The notes under the pieces were generated by a model. The model saw only the letters and a program-made list of their open reading frames with translations. It made no database searches and was not told the DNA's origin. This document shows positions 38,000-45,670 of a stretch of 64,000 nt of DNA, in pieces. Both the position numbers and the translations under genes were made by a program. This stretch comes from a bacterium. Its GTDB lineage: Bacteria > Electryoneota > RPQS01. Location of the stretch: contig JAHDVH010000001.1 in the NCBI GenBank assembly GCA_023382385.1, forward strand, positions 900,850-964,849, written 5' to 3'. Position 1 is the first letter of the stretch, and the number at the start of each line of letters is the position of its first letter.

Positions 38000-39064
38000 T
38001 TATTCGTTATCGCGCTTGATGCGCAGCTCTTCCCGCGCTGAGATCAGAACCATCTCAAGAATCTCGTCGGGTGCCCGGAACAGGTCGTTGGTGTTCGTGG
38101 ACTCACCCGCCGACCATGACTCAACGGCCTTACTGCGTTGGATAGACGTGTTGAGGCCGAGTTCCTTGAAGATCTGGTTAAGCTCCTGAACGGCGCGCTC
38201 ACGGTCGAAAGTCGTCGGTGTCGGCTGGCTCGGAGCAGGAGGATTTTGCGGCGTGACACCCAGCGCGGCTTTCAGTCCGTTTACGCCGGTCGTTGGCTTG
38301 TCAGCGTCTTCGGATTCGAACCAGTCTTCAGGAGCGCTCATGCCGTCGCGCATACTCAGGTAAATCTTCTGCAGACTGACCACCTGCGCCGCTTGAATCG
38401 CGTCGAGCCTCCGTTGAATCCGCTTCTCGATCTGGTCCTTGGTCACGCCGTACTCCGCGAAGGTCTCCACCAGTTTCTGAATATTCTCCTTTGACGTGTC
38501 AGCTTTGGCGTGAAGCGTCACGCTGCACTGCGCCACCGCCTCGTCCACGATGTCGCCCGGGATGATTGCAAGTATGCGCGCGCGGAGCCGCCTTGCCCCG
38601 ACGTTGGCAACCATTTCGTATATATCGCGCGGGTCTTCGAGCTTGTAGGAACCCTTCTTCGTGTGCCGAATGTGCGGCACCTGAAACGTGACTTCGCTTC
38701 GAGAGTTCGTCTCAACGTCCCAAGCGTATGCCTGCACCGTACTCTCTCCGTTGCGTTGATCCAGTTCGCGGATTCCGAACTGAATGTTGCCCCAATTCTG
38801 CGCCAACACTTCCGCAAGCCGGATACTGGGCCCGGTAATGTCCGAGCCGCCGCGCGCATAGGTGTAGAGCGCGGTCTCGGCAAGTTTCTTGCGCTGGCAA
38901 GCGTTCAAGATGCGATCCAGCGCGGCGACCGGATCGCGGGGGTTCATGCGCGCGATAATCATGGCGGCCTGCACCTCTGCAACAGCGCGCTGCTGATCGG
39001 TCTTGGCGACCGCGTTCGAGGCTTGCTCAGTTGCCGTCAAGCTGTAGCCATTTGTCTCACTCAT
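38000..39064 (-). CDS. single-strand annealing protein (RecT/Redbeta-superfamily recombinase)
   Basis: Directly downstream of the YqaJ exonuclease. Bet-like core tail RRLRARILAIIPGDIVDEA. Start set to ATG 39064 (MSETNGY) with GAGGAG upstream. Confidence 0.6.
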   Translation of the reverse strand: MSETNGYSLTATEQASNAVAKTDQQRAVAEVQAAMIIARMNPRDPVAALDRILNACQRKKLAETALYTYARGGSDITGPSIRLAEVLAQNWGNIQFGIRELDQRNGESTVQAYAWDVETNSRSEVTFQVPHIRHTKKGSYKLEDPRDIYEMVANVGARRLRARILAIIPGDIVDEAVAQCSVTLHAKADTSKENIQKLVETFAEYGVTKDQIEKRIQRRLDAIQAAQVVSLQKIYLSMRDGMSAPEDWFESEDADKPTTGVNGLKAALGVTPQNPPAPSQPTPTTFDRERAVQELNQIFKELGLNTSIQRSKAVESWSAGESTNTNDLFRAPDEILEMVLISAREELRIKRDNE

Positions 39065-39077
39065 CTTCAGATTCTCC

Positions 39078-40028
39078 TCACGCTGCAGCCACTGCGGGCC
39101 GCTTCTTTTCTTTGAACAGGAAGCGCCGGCTGCCGGGCTTCGTGACCTTGTACTTCTCAATCAATTGCCGAGGCAGTTCCGGGTCAGCCAGCAACGCCTT
39201 GGTATCCACCGACTCGCTGTCCTTCACGCTCTTCCAAGTCACCGCAAACTCCTCGGATTCGATACCGTCGTTGTCCGCGATCACTCCCTGCAAGTACGTC
39301 ATGCAGTCTGTTTCCTGCGCTTCGAGCGTCTTCAGTTCCGCGCGTACCTTCGCGAGTTCCCGCATGCGTAACGCCGCCACCGAATCGGCCACGACCATTT
39401 CGCCGGTCGAGCGCGGATAGCGCGCCTTCAGAAACCTCTGGTATTCCTCTGCCGTGCGCGCTTCTGGCGGAACCTGCGGAATGACGTGCTCTTTCCAGAA
39501 GGTCACCACCGCGTCCTTGATGGCCGCTTCGAGTTCGCGGTCGCGCGGGATTTCGTACTCACGATAATCCTGCCCTCCAATTAGCGCCGCGATGTATCCG
39601 TCGGTGACGCCTTCCAGCATCAGGTACAACGCGACCTGCGCGATATATGGGAGCGGCGCGTTGTCCGTGCCGGGTTCGCCCCAGAATCCTGCCATGTGCA
39701 GGCCTGCGGTCTTGATCTCAAGGATTGCGCTCTTGGGCTGAACGATGAAATCGGGTGTGCCAAAAACTCTCACACCATCAATTTCAGTGCGCAAGTGTCC
39801 GGTGGGTAGGAGAGCGAGACTTCGATTGCGGCAAAACTCTTCTGCAATCGGACGCTCCAGTACTCTTCCCCAACGCATCTTCTCATTGTCCGGTTCTGGC
39901 TCTTTCAATCCGAGCTTGTCCATGTACACGTCGAGCGGCGAGCGAAACGGGTTCACACCCAGAATCGCGCCGATGTCCGAGCCGCCGATACCGGTGCGGC
40001 GATAGTTCGGGTCGAGGTGGTTCATCAT
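39078..40028 (-). CDS. YqaJ-like / lambda-exonuclease-family viral recombinase
   Basis: GIGGSDIGAILGVNPFRSPLDVY, GRVLERPIAEEF and TPDFIV...AILEIKT give the PD-(D/E)XK motif order. Confidence 0.85.
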   Translation of the reverse strand: MMNHLDPNYRRTGIGGSDIGAILGVNPFRSPLDVYMDKLGLKEPEPDNEKMRWGRVLERPIAEEFCRNRSLALLPTGHLRTEIDGVRVFGTPDFIVQPKSAILEIKTAGLHMAGFWGEPGTDNAPLPYIAQVALYLMLEGVTDGYIAALIGGQDYREYEIPRDRELEAAIKDAVVTFWKEHVIPQVPPEARTAEEYQRFLKARYPRSTGEMVVADSVAALRMRELAKVRAELKTLEAQETDCMTYLQGVIADNDGIESEEFAVTWKSVKDSESVDTKALLADPELPRQLIEKYKVTKPGSRRFLFKEKKRPAVAAA

Positions 40029-40258
40029 GCCACCTCCTTGACGATGGATTCAGAGCGCTCGGCGAGTTCGCGCTTGTCCAATTCCCGTTCGAGATACTTC
40101 AGCGAGTCCGCGAGACTCTTGGCGTTGTTGCGGACCGCGTTCGCCCAGAAGGTCACGTCGCCTTCATGAACGCTGACTTGTCCGCACAGGTTATAGAGGT
40201 CTGAAATCGCCTCCCAATACTGCCGGAGGCTCTGAGTGTTGAGTTGTCCATTGGTCAT
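40025..40258 (-). CDS. hypothetical protein
   Basis: 77 aa, with a 4-nt overlap with the exonuclease start. Confidence 0.4.
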   Translation of the reverse strand: MTNGQLNTQSLRQYWEAISDLYNLCGQVSVHEGDVTFWANAVRNNAKSLADSLKYLERELDKRELAERSESIVKEVA

Positions 40259-40298
40259 GGCTATTTATCCTTGTGAAGTGTGTTCAGTGAGGAATCGT

Positions 40299-40342
40299 GC
40301 GGAGCGGCGGGATACCCTTTCGGTGCTCGACCGCCGCTCCGC
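40299..40342 (-). terminator. 12-bp perfect GC hairpin (terminator-like or processing site)
   Basis: gcggagcggcgg/20-nt loop/ccgccgctccgc, 10 nt after the DUF932 stop. No U-tract. Confidence 0.4.
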
Positions 40343-40351
40343 TGACTCTGA

Positions 40352-41503
40352 TTAGTTGTTCAGATAGCGACCGGCTGCCGTTTCGAGGTCAAGCCGCTTC
40401 TCGCCTTCTGCCTGTTGCGCGAGCCAACTGAGCGCCTGTGCGAAGCGGAGCTTGCTGTTCGGGTCCGGCGTGGAAGGAAGCACTTCGATGCGCTGCTCAG
40501 TTTGCACCAGCTTGACGAGGTTGTCGGCGTCTTCCTTCGAGAGGATGTTCTGCTTCCGAAGTCTGTCAGCCTCGCCCTGCGTGTTGATGCGCTCCATCGC
40601 CGCCGCTCGCCACGAGGCTTCAATGCGGTCGCGGTTCTCCGGTGCGAGGATCGCCCGCATCGCGTCCTTCATTTCGCTCAATGCCGTCATGCTCTGAAGG
40701 CTAACCGTTCTGCCGCTCCACTGGATCAAGCCGTCATCGTCGTTCATGCGACCGCCGAGATGAATCTCGCGGAAGACGCTTTCGCCGACGGCGAGGTTCG
40801 TGCACCACATCCGAATCTGGAAGACCGAGAGATTCAAAGCTCCGGCGCCATAGTCTGACGAGCTGATGTGAACGCCGAGTGCGACGACTTCGTTGGGCAT
40901 CGGCTCAAGCACTTGCGGAATGACCGCGCGAAGCACGTAACGGCGGTCCGTGCAGAAGCCGTCGAGTGGTAGTGCGCCCGTCTCCTGAATCGCCTTCAGG
41001 AACATCTCGATCACCCTGCCCTGATCCATCGGCTTGTAGCGGTCGGAAAGCACTGCGCGAACCGTGCCGTCCACTTCGCGGATCAAGCGGCGTGAATCCC
41101 CGAGCCGGTAGCGAAGGTCATTCATGATCGAAGCCGCGATTTGCGGGTCGTCGTCAATCACGCCCTTCAGGAACCGTTCGGGAACGCCGAGGATGCTCGC
41201 GATTTGACCAAGGCTGTAGTCATTGAAGTTCAGCCAGTCGAAGTCGTTGCCGTCCGCCCGGTCAACCTTCATCTGCATGGCTTTGTTGAATCCTTCGAAG
41301 TCAAACTTCGAAGCGGGTACGAGGTAGTCCTTGCGGCGGTCTGCCTCGTCCATGAGGTGCGTTATGACCTGTGCCTGCTTGGCGCGCCCGTTCTCAATCA
41401 TCGCTTCGAGCTTCTGATGCGCGATGGGAAGCGCGTTGGCGACCGCGTCTTCATAGTTGCGGCGGTCGTGGTGGATCATCGTTCCGATTTGTGCTGCTTG
41501 CAT
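40352..41503 (-). CDS. DUF932-family phage/plasmid protein
   Basis: VRAVLSDRYKPMD and ISSSDYGAGALNLSVFQIRMWCTNLAV match the DUF932 pattern (S.rY ... SnDGsgal ... C.N). Confidence 0.6.
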   Translation of the reverse strand: MQAAQIGTMIHHDRRNYEDAVANALPIAHQKLEAMIENGRAKQAQVITHLMDEADRRKDYLVPASKFDFEGFNKAMQMKVDRADGNDFDWLNFNDYSLGQIASILGVPERFLKGVIDDDPQIAASIMNDLRYRLGDSRRLIREVDGTVRAVLSDRYKPMDQGRVIEMFLKAIQETGALPLDGFCTDRRYVLRAVIPQVLEPMPNEVVALGVHISSSDYGAGALNLSVFQIRMWCTNLAVGESVFREIHLGGRMNDDDGLIQWSGRTVSLQSMTALSEMKDAMRAILAPENRDRIEASWRAAAMERINTQGEADRLRKQNILSKEDADNLVKLVQTEQRIEVLPSTPDPNSKLRFAQALSWLAQQAEGEKRLDLETAAGRYLNN

Positions 41504-41533
41504 GTGGCATTCTCCTTTGGGTTGTGTGTCCGA

Positions 41534-41584
41534 ACAAAAACAGAAAAAGCGCGAACTACAGGGACTGCCCTGCAGCTGCGCGCT
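41534..41584 (-). terminator. intrinsic terminator after the first early gene
   Basis: On the minus strand: nested stem agcgcgcagctgcaggg/cagt/ccctgtagttcgcgct followed by ttttctgtttttg. Confidence 0.65.
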
Positions 41585-42092
41585 TCGCCTTTACTCGATT
41601 GATAATCTGCTCTACCGTCTCATGCTCTTCAACGCCGTTGCCGTTCGACTGGGACCGGAGACGCTCGAGATACTCCAGAACTGACTTCCTCTCGAACCGC
41701 ACCTCACGCCCCGTGCGTCCACGTCCAGGGACGTAGTACCATTTGAAGAGGTTACGGTTCTTTGAAGCCCACGCGGGCGAACGTCCGAGTAGGACGGCCA
41801 ACTCTGGAATTGCGAGGTCAGCCTGCAATGCAAAGTCACGGACTCGCTCCGATTTGACTTCTGCTAAAGCGGTTCCCTCGTATCGCTGCTTGTCTCTCCA
41901 CGCTCTGATTTGGGTTGCGCGGAACATGGGAACCGGCGCGAGCCGTGCCCCCTGAACCCAATACAAACCAAATTCTTCTGCGTGATCTTCGACCCAATCA
42001 CGGGAGCGACCGAAGAGACGCATCACGTCCCGCAATGTTAAGTCATGTTCCGACTCAACTTGACTCAATATGGTTTTTGGGGTATCTTTCAA
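41556..42092 (-). CDS. tandem excisionase/MerR-type HTH protein (Cro/Xis-like first early gene)
   Basis: Two similar modules, LTLRDVMRLFGRSRDWVEDHAEEFGLYWV and LAIPELAVLLGRSPAWASKNRNLFKWYYV. TTG start with GGGAGG 7 nt upstream. Confidence 0.55.
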   Translation of the reverse strand: MKDTPKTILSQVESEHDLTLRDVMRLFGRSRDWVEDHAEEFGLYWVQGARLAPVPMFRATQIRAWRDKQRYEGTALAEVKSERVRDFALQADLAIPELAVLLGRSPAWASKNRNLFKWYYVPGRGRTGREVRFERKSVLEYLERLRSQSNGNGVEEHETVEQIINRVKAKRAAAGQSL

Positions 42093-42190
42093 ATGAAAGC
42101 CTCCCTTTCAAGGGTGGTTATTCAGGTGCCCCCGCCGCTGTGGTCTGGCAGGATTGTCAGCGGCGCGGGGTTGTTTAATTCAATGGCCTA

Positions 42191-42219
42191 AAAATACGCT
42201 ATTTGTTTCTATTTGTCAA
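42191..42219 (-). promoter_or_regulatory. leftward early promoter with two operator-like repeats in its spacer
   Basis: Minus strand: TTGACA (42219-42214), 17 nt, TATTTT (42196-42191). The spacer holds ACAAATAG twice (plus-strand ctatttgt at 42199-42206 and 42209-42216, 10-bp period). Confidence 0.5.
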
Positions 42220-42261
42220 GTAAAAAGAGAACTAACATCAACTTTCTTATAAACGTCTGAA

Positions 42262-42615
42262 ATGGATAAGGTTAGCGAACTACGGAAGGCGCTGACCCAA
42301 AGAGGAGCCAAGGCGCGGATTGTCCGGGAGGTTGGGATTTCCCCCCAAGCACTCGGCAAGATTCAGCGTGGGGTTGCTGTTCCCACAACTGCCACCCGCC
42401 GCTTGATTGCCCAAGGCTTGGGGCTGCCGCAGGACTACTTCCTCGAGCCGGACGCTGAGTCTGAACGCACCACCCGCCGCCGAATCGTAGTTGAGCTTGA
42501 AATCCCTGACGACTTCCGATTGGATGATGGTCGCCTTGACAAGATTCAGCGTGCGATGGTGGATGCTGGTACTCATATCGTTTCCGTAATTAAGGACTTA
42601 GATAAAACCGACTGA
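42262..42615 (+). CDS. CI-like XRE-family HTH repressor
   Basis: RIVREVGISPQALGKIQRGVAVPTTATRRLIAQGLGL helix-turn-helix. Divergent from the early operon. No SD. TATAAA (42248-42253) sits 8 nt before the ATG. Confidence 0.7.
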   Translation: MDKVSELRKALTQRGAKARIVREVGISPQALGKIQRGVAVPTTATRRLIAQGLGLPQDYFLEPDAESERTTRRRIVVELEIPDDFRLDDGRLDKIQRAMVDAGTHIVSVIKDLDKTD

Positions 42616-42762
42616 ACGCACGTTCAAAATAGAAACGCAAAGCTCCCGATGCAAGTGCGTTGCACGTGACACATCTCAATAAGTTGAGGTAAGAACCGGG
42701 AGGATTACAAGGGTTGGTGGGTCTGGATAAGTTGAGGAGGCCTTGCCAGCTAAGTCGATGTT

Positions 42763-42792
42763 TTGACTAATATGCGTTGATTTCATTAGATT
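42763..42792 (+). promoter_or_regulatory. putative sigma70 promoter of the moron cassette
   Basis: TTGACT (42763-42768), 18 nt, TAGATT (42787-42792), then AAGGAGG 4 nt before ATG 42822. Confidence 0.45.
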
Positions 42793-42821
42793 TGGGGTGC
42801 CGAAAAAATTAAGGAGGCATT

Positions 42822-43247
42822 ATGCTTCGACTGCTGTTCGCACTAATCATGTCCGCAGGTTTATCGCATGCGCAAGAGATCACGATCCAATCTCATGGTG
42901 GCGCGCACTCGTGGAACGTGTACCAAGGTCAGGAGAAGATCAGCGAAGCAAAGCTCTTTTCCTTGGCCGGTCAACCCGAGATTGCAGAACATGCATCGCA
43001 TCACAGCAATAACCGCGTACGGAAGTTGGTCAATGGACCAGTGTTTATTGCATGCGGCGCCCTTCTCGCGATTAGGCCAGGCCAAGAAAGCGGCAACTTC
43101 TCCACTCCGTTTGTCGTAGCGGGAGGTGGTGTCGCGGGAGTTGGCGTTTTCTATTTTATTAAGAGATTCTTCACTCCCAAGTGCTACGCAACACACGAAA
43201 GCGCAATGCAGGCTGCCCAACGATATAACGCCGAACTCAACCGATGA
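42822..43247 (+). CDS. exported/membrane protein (moron cassette gene 1)
   Basis: Signal peptide MLRLLFALIMSAGLSHAQE plus two hydrophobic segments. Strong SD. Confidence 0.55.
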   Translation: MLRLLFALIMSAGLSHAQEITIQSHGGAHSWNVYQGQEKISEAKLFSLAGQPEIAEHASHHSNNRVRKLVNGPVFIACGALLAIRPGQESGNFSTPFVVAGGGVAGVGVFYFIKRFFTPKCYATHESAMQAAQRYNAELNR

Positions 43248-43444
43248 AACTCGTGATCAACAAGAACGACTTCATACGTCGGATCGCCAAAGACTTGGTG
43301 AAGTTGAAAGGATTGTCACCGCAGGAAGCGAGCGAGAAAACAGGCGTTCCGGTTGCGGAAATCCTGCGCGAGTACGAGGAGCCGTCACCGAAGTACACGA
43401 CGGTAGCACCAGACGGGAAAGTGACCGAACACGGAAGGGAATAG
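43244..43444 (+). CDS. small hypothetical protein (moron cassette gene 2)
   Basis: 66 aa, ATGA overlap with gene 1. Confidence 0.4.
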   Translation: MKLVINKNDFIRRIAKDLVKLKGLSPQEASEKTGVPVAEILREYEEPSPKYTTVAPDGKVTEHGRE

Positions 43445-43446
43445 CC

Positions 43447-43917
43447 TTGGCGAAGTACTTAGTCAAGCAAGTCAAGAGTACCACCGCCAGCTTGTTTGCA
43501 ACTTTGGGCTACATCAGGAATCAAGCAAGAGAAGGATTATGTGCTGATCATGTTCTGATCGCCTGCGATTCAAAGGCGCTCGTGAACATGGAACTGCGGA
43601 ACGTCTTCACAGAAGCACAGGTCGACGCGCTGAAGCACGATGGGCCGCTTCTGATCGGCGGATTACACATAAGACTAATGGTACTGCAGGACCAAGTTGA
43701 GCATCATGACGGCGTAGTAATCGCTGTGATTCCGTCAGCAAAGATGTTGGAAAAGATTGACGCGATACAAGGGATTACCGATACCTACGTACTCGAAGGT
43801 TTCGCAGACGAACAGAAGCACTGGCTACAAAAGTGGACACCCGACGAAATTCGCTTCATTCCGCGCGAAGGCACCATTGACGTAGAGATTACGCCTGCGC
43901 CGAAGCGAAGCACCTAA
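43447..43917 (+). CDS. hypothetical alpha/beta protein (moron cassette gene 3)
   Basis: In-frame TTG at 43447 directly after the gene 2 stop. The track start 43126 would overlap genes 1 and 2. An alternative start is the ATG for MELRNV. Confidence 0.4.
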   Translation: MAKYLVKQVKSTTASLFATLGYIRNQAREGLCADHVLIACDSKALVNMELRNVFTEAQVDALKHDGPLLIGGLHIRLMVLQDQVEHHDGVVIAVIPSAKMLEKIDAIQGITDTYVLEGFADEQKHWLQKWTPDEIRFIPREGTIDVEITPAPKRST

Positions 43918-44017
43918 TATGCCCCTATCCGAATCCGATTCTCGCGCATTCGTTTCACTATGACGCTTTCTGACCGTCGTATGTAGCCGGTCACACCAAC
44001 CGAGAAAGGTTGAAAAC

Positions 44018-45661
44018 ATGAATGCGAAGACCACGCGAATCTCACCCGCCATTCAGGCAACTCTGAAGCGGGTGGGGTTCGCGGTTTTGGTGTTGGGGGA
44101 AGTTGTCCACGCCCAGCCTTATGAGCCAATCGTTTTGTACGAAGCATTCGGCGAACCGGGTGAGCAACTTGGCGCTTCCGTGTTACGTCACGTAGGAGAC
44201 CAAGATGGGGATGGGTATGATGATATCTTAGTCAGTGTAGCGGACAGTACTCATTCAAGTGGAACCATCCGTTACAACCATCTTCGTTTGATTTACGGCA
44301 ATGACTTTCCGCCGTACAGAACACTGGATTTTGCCCACACGCTGACGGATACGACGACGGAGTGGACATACTGGGCAGGCGCTTCGGGTTACGGACCGCC
44401 TTTGGAGATCGTTGATCTCTCTGGTGACGGATGTCCCGATATACTCATTGAATTGCATTTCAGAGAATCTATTCTTTATCAGAGGTATCTTTTTTTGGGT
44501 GGCCCGGGCGTTTTTGACACGCTCTGGGACTGGCGGTCGGACAACGCGGAACCCCGCAAAGTACTGGAAACTCTGCCGCATTTTAACGACAATGGCATAG
44601 GCTGTTACTTGCGGGGGGGGGTAGCAGCAGAGCAACGCCTGTTGGAGTTCTATCAGGGGCAGTGGCCTGACCCGCCGTCTTCATCGACCTGGACGCACAG
44701 CGTTGCTTGGAATTGGAATTTCTTTTATCCAAACGGAGTCGGTGACATTACGGGGGATGGTTATACGGACTTCCTGTACTCTCTCCGCTGGGGGGATGGG
44801 ACCTACCATGTTCACGGCTGGTTCGGCGGTCCTGACGCGGATTCTATTCCGGACGTCACCTTCATTGAAGATACGATGGCGGTTCTGAGCACGGCGTGGT
44901 CTATCATCGGAGACATGAACGGGGATAGCGTGGATGACCTTGCTGCGCATACCATTGATCATCATGGCGTACAGCTCCGCGTCTGGTACGGCGGACAGCC
45001 GCAGGATTTCAATACGTGGGACGCGACACTCAACGGAGGAGGTGGTCTCGTTCCCTACGCTCATGCCTGTTTAGGGGATATCAACGGGGATGGATATGAA
45101 GACATGGCGTTTACGGATGCCCCAGTTCACAGAGTGTGCGTCTATCTCGGTGCGGATCACGTCGACTCAGACATCGCGTATCAAGTCAACTTTCCCAACG
45201 AAGACGGGAATGTTCTTGGTGATTACTCCCGATCCGGTGATATTAATGGGGACGGTTTGGATGATTGGATGTACTCGTCGTTCTATGGTGATACGCTCCA
45301 GCGCGGCTACATTAGGATAATCTCCGGCGATCCGCGCTTTGGCCTGCCCGTGGGCGACGAACCGCCCCCGGTCGTGCGGGAGTTCGTGGTAGGAGATCCC
45401 TATCCGAATCCTTTCAACTCGAGTGTGACGATCCCGATAGAAGTCATCGGCAGCCCGGCGGCTGAGGCGAAGGTTGCGATCTTCGATCTGCTGGGGCGGC
45501 AGGTGTTTGCATTTCAAGACCGGAAACTTACACTCGGGCATCACGACCTCGTCTGGCACGGCGAAACCACAACCGGCGCTTCTGTCGCAACGGGGGTGTA
45601 CTTTGTTGCGGTTCAGACCACTAATTTGTCCGTTGTAAAGAAACTAGTGTATCTCAGATAG
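44018..45661 (+). CDS. FG-GAP/VCBS-repeat beta-propeller protein with T9SS C-terminal sorting domain
   Basis: Signal peptide. Six or more repeats of type GDxxGDGxxD (DQDGDGYDDILV, DLSGDGCPDILI, GDITGDGYTDFLY, GDMNGDSVDDLAA, GDINGDGYEDMAF, GDINGDGLDDWMY). C-terminus PYPNPFNSSVTIPIEV...GVYFVAVQT...KKLVYLR matches the T9SS type A CTD pattern. Confidence 0.85.
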   Translation: MNAKTTRISPAIQATLKRVGFAVLVLGEVVHAQPYEPIVLYEAFGEPGEQLGASVLRHVGDQDGDGYDDILVSVADSTHSSGTIRYNHLRLIYGNDFPPYRTLDFAHTLTDTTTEWTYWAGASGYGPPLEIVDLSGDGCPDILIELHFRESILYQRYLFLGGPGVFDTLWDWRSDNAEPRKVLETLPHFNDNGIGCYLRGGVAAEQRLLEFYQGQWPDPPSSSTWTHSVAWNWNFFYPNGVGDITGDGYTDFLYSLRWGDGTYHVHGWFGGPDADSIPDVTFIEDTMAVLSTAWSIIGDMNGDSVDDLAAHTIDHHGVQLRVWYGGQPQDFNTWDATLNGGGGLVPYAHACLGDINGDGYEDMAFTDAPVHRVCVYLGADHVDSDIAYQVNFPNEDGNVLGDYSRSGDINGDGLDDWMYSSFYGDTLQRGYIRIISGDPRFGLPVGDEPPPVVREFVVGDPYPNPFNSSVTIPIEVIGSPAAEAKVAIFDLLGRQVFAFQDRKLTLGHHDLVWHGETTTGASVATGVYFVAVQTTNLSVVKKLVYLR

Positions 45662-45670
45662 AGGTGTCAA

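Noticed and set aside
39065-39160. Upstream extension of the recombinase ORF (MRSTRSRSPAAGASCSKK...)
   Set aside because: It overlaps the exonuclease gene and is Arg/Ser-rich. ATG 39064 has a GAGGAG Shine-Dalgarno sequence.
43126-43446. N-terminal 107 codons of the 263-aa ORF 43126..43917
   Set aside because: This part overlaps two better-supported genes (42822-43247 and 43244-43444) in another frame and is Arg/Ser/Glu-rich. An in-frame TTG directly after the upstream stop gives a compact cassette.
42616-44017. Possibility that the T9SS cargo plus integrase form a separate tandem island with a third att copy
   Set aside because: I found no additional copy of the tRNA-derived core (…ggttcgaatcccgt…) in the intergenic stretches 42616-42821 or 43918-44017 by eye. 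A full-window search should still be run to be certain.
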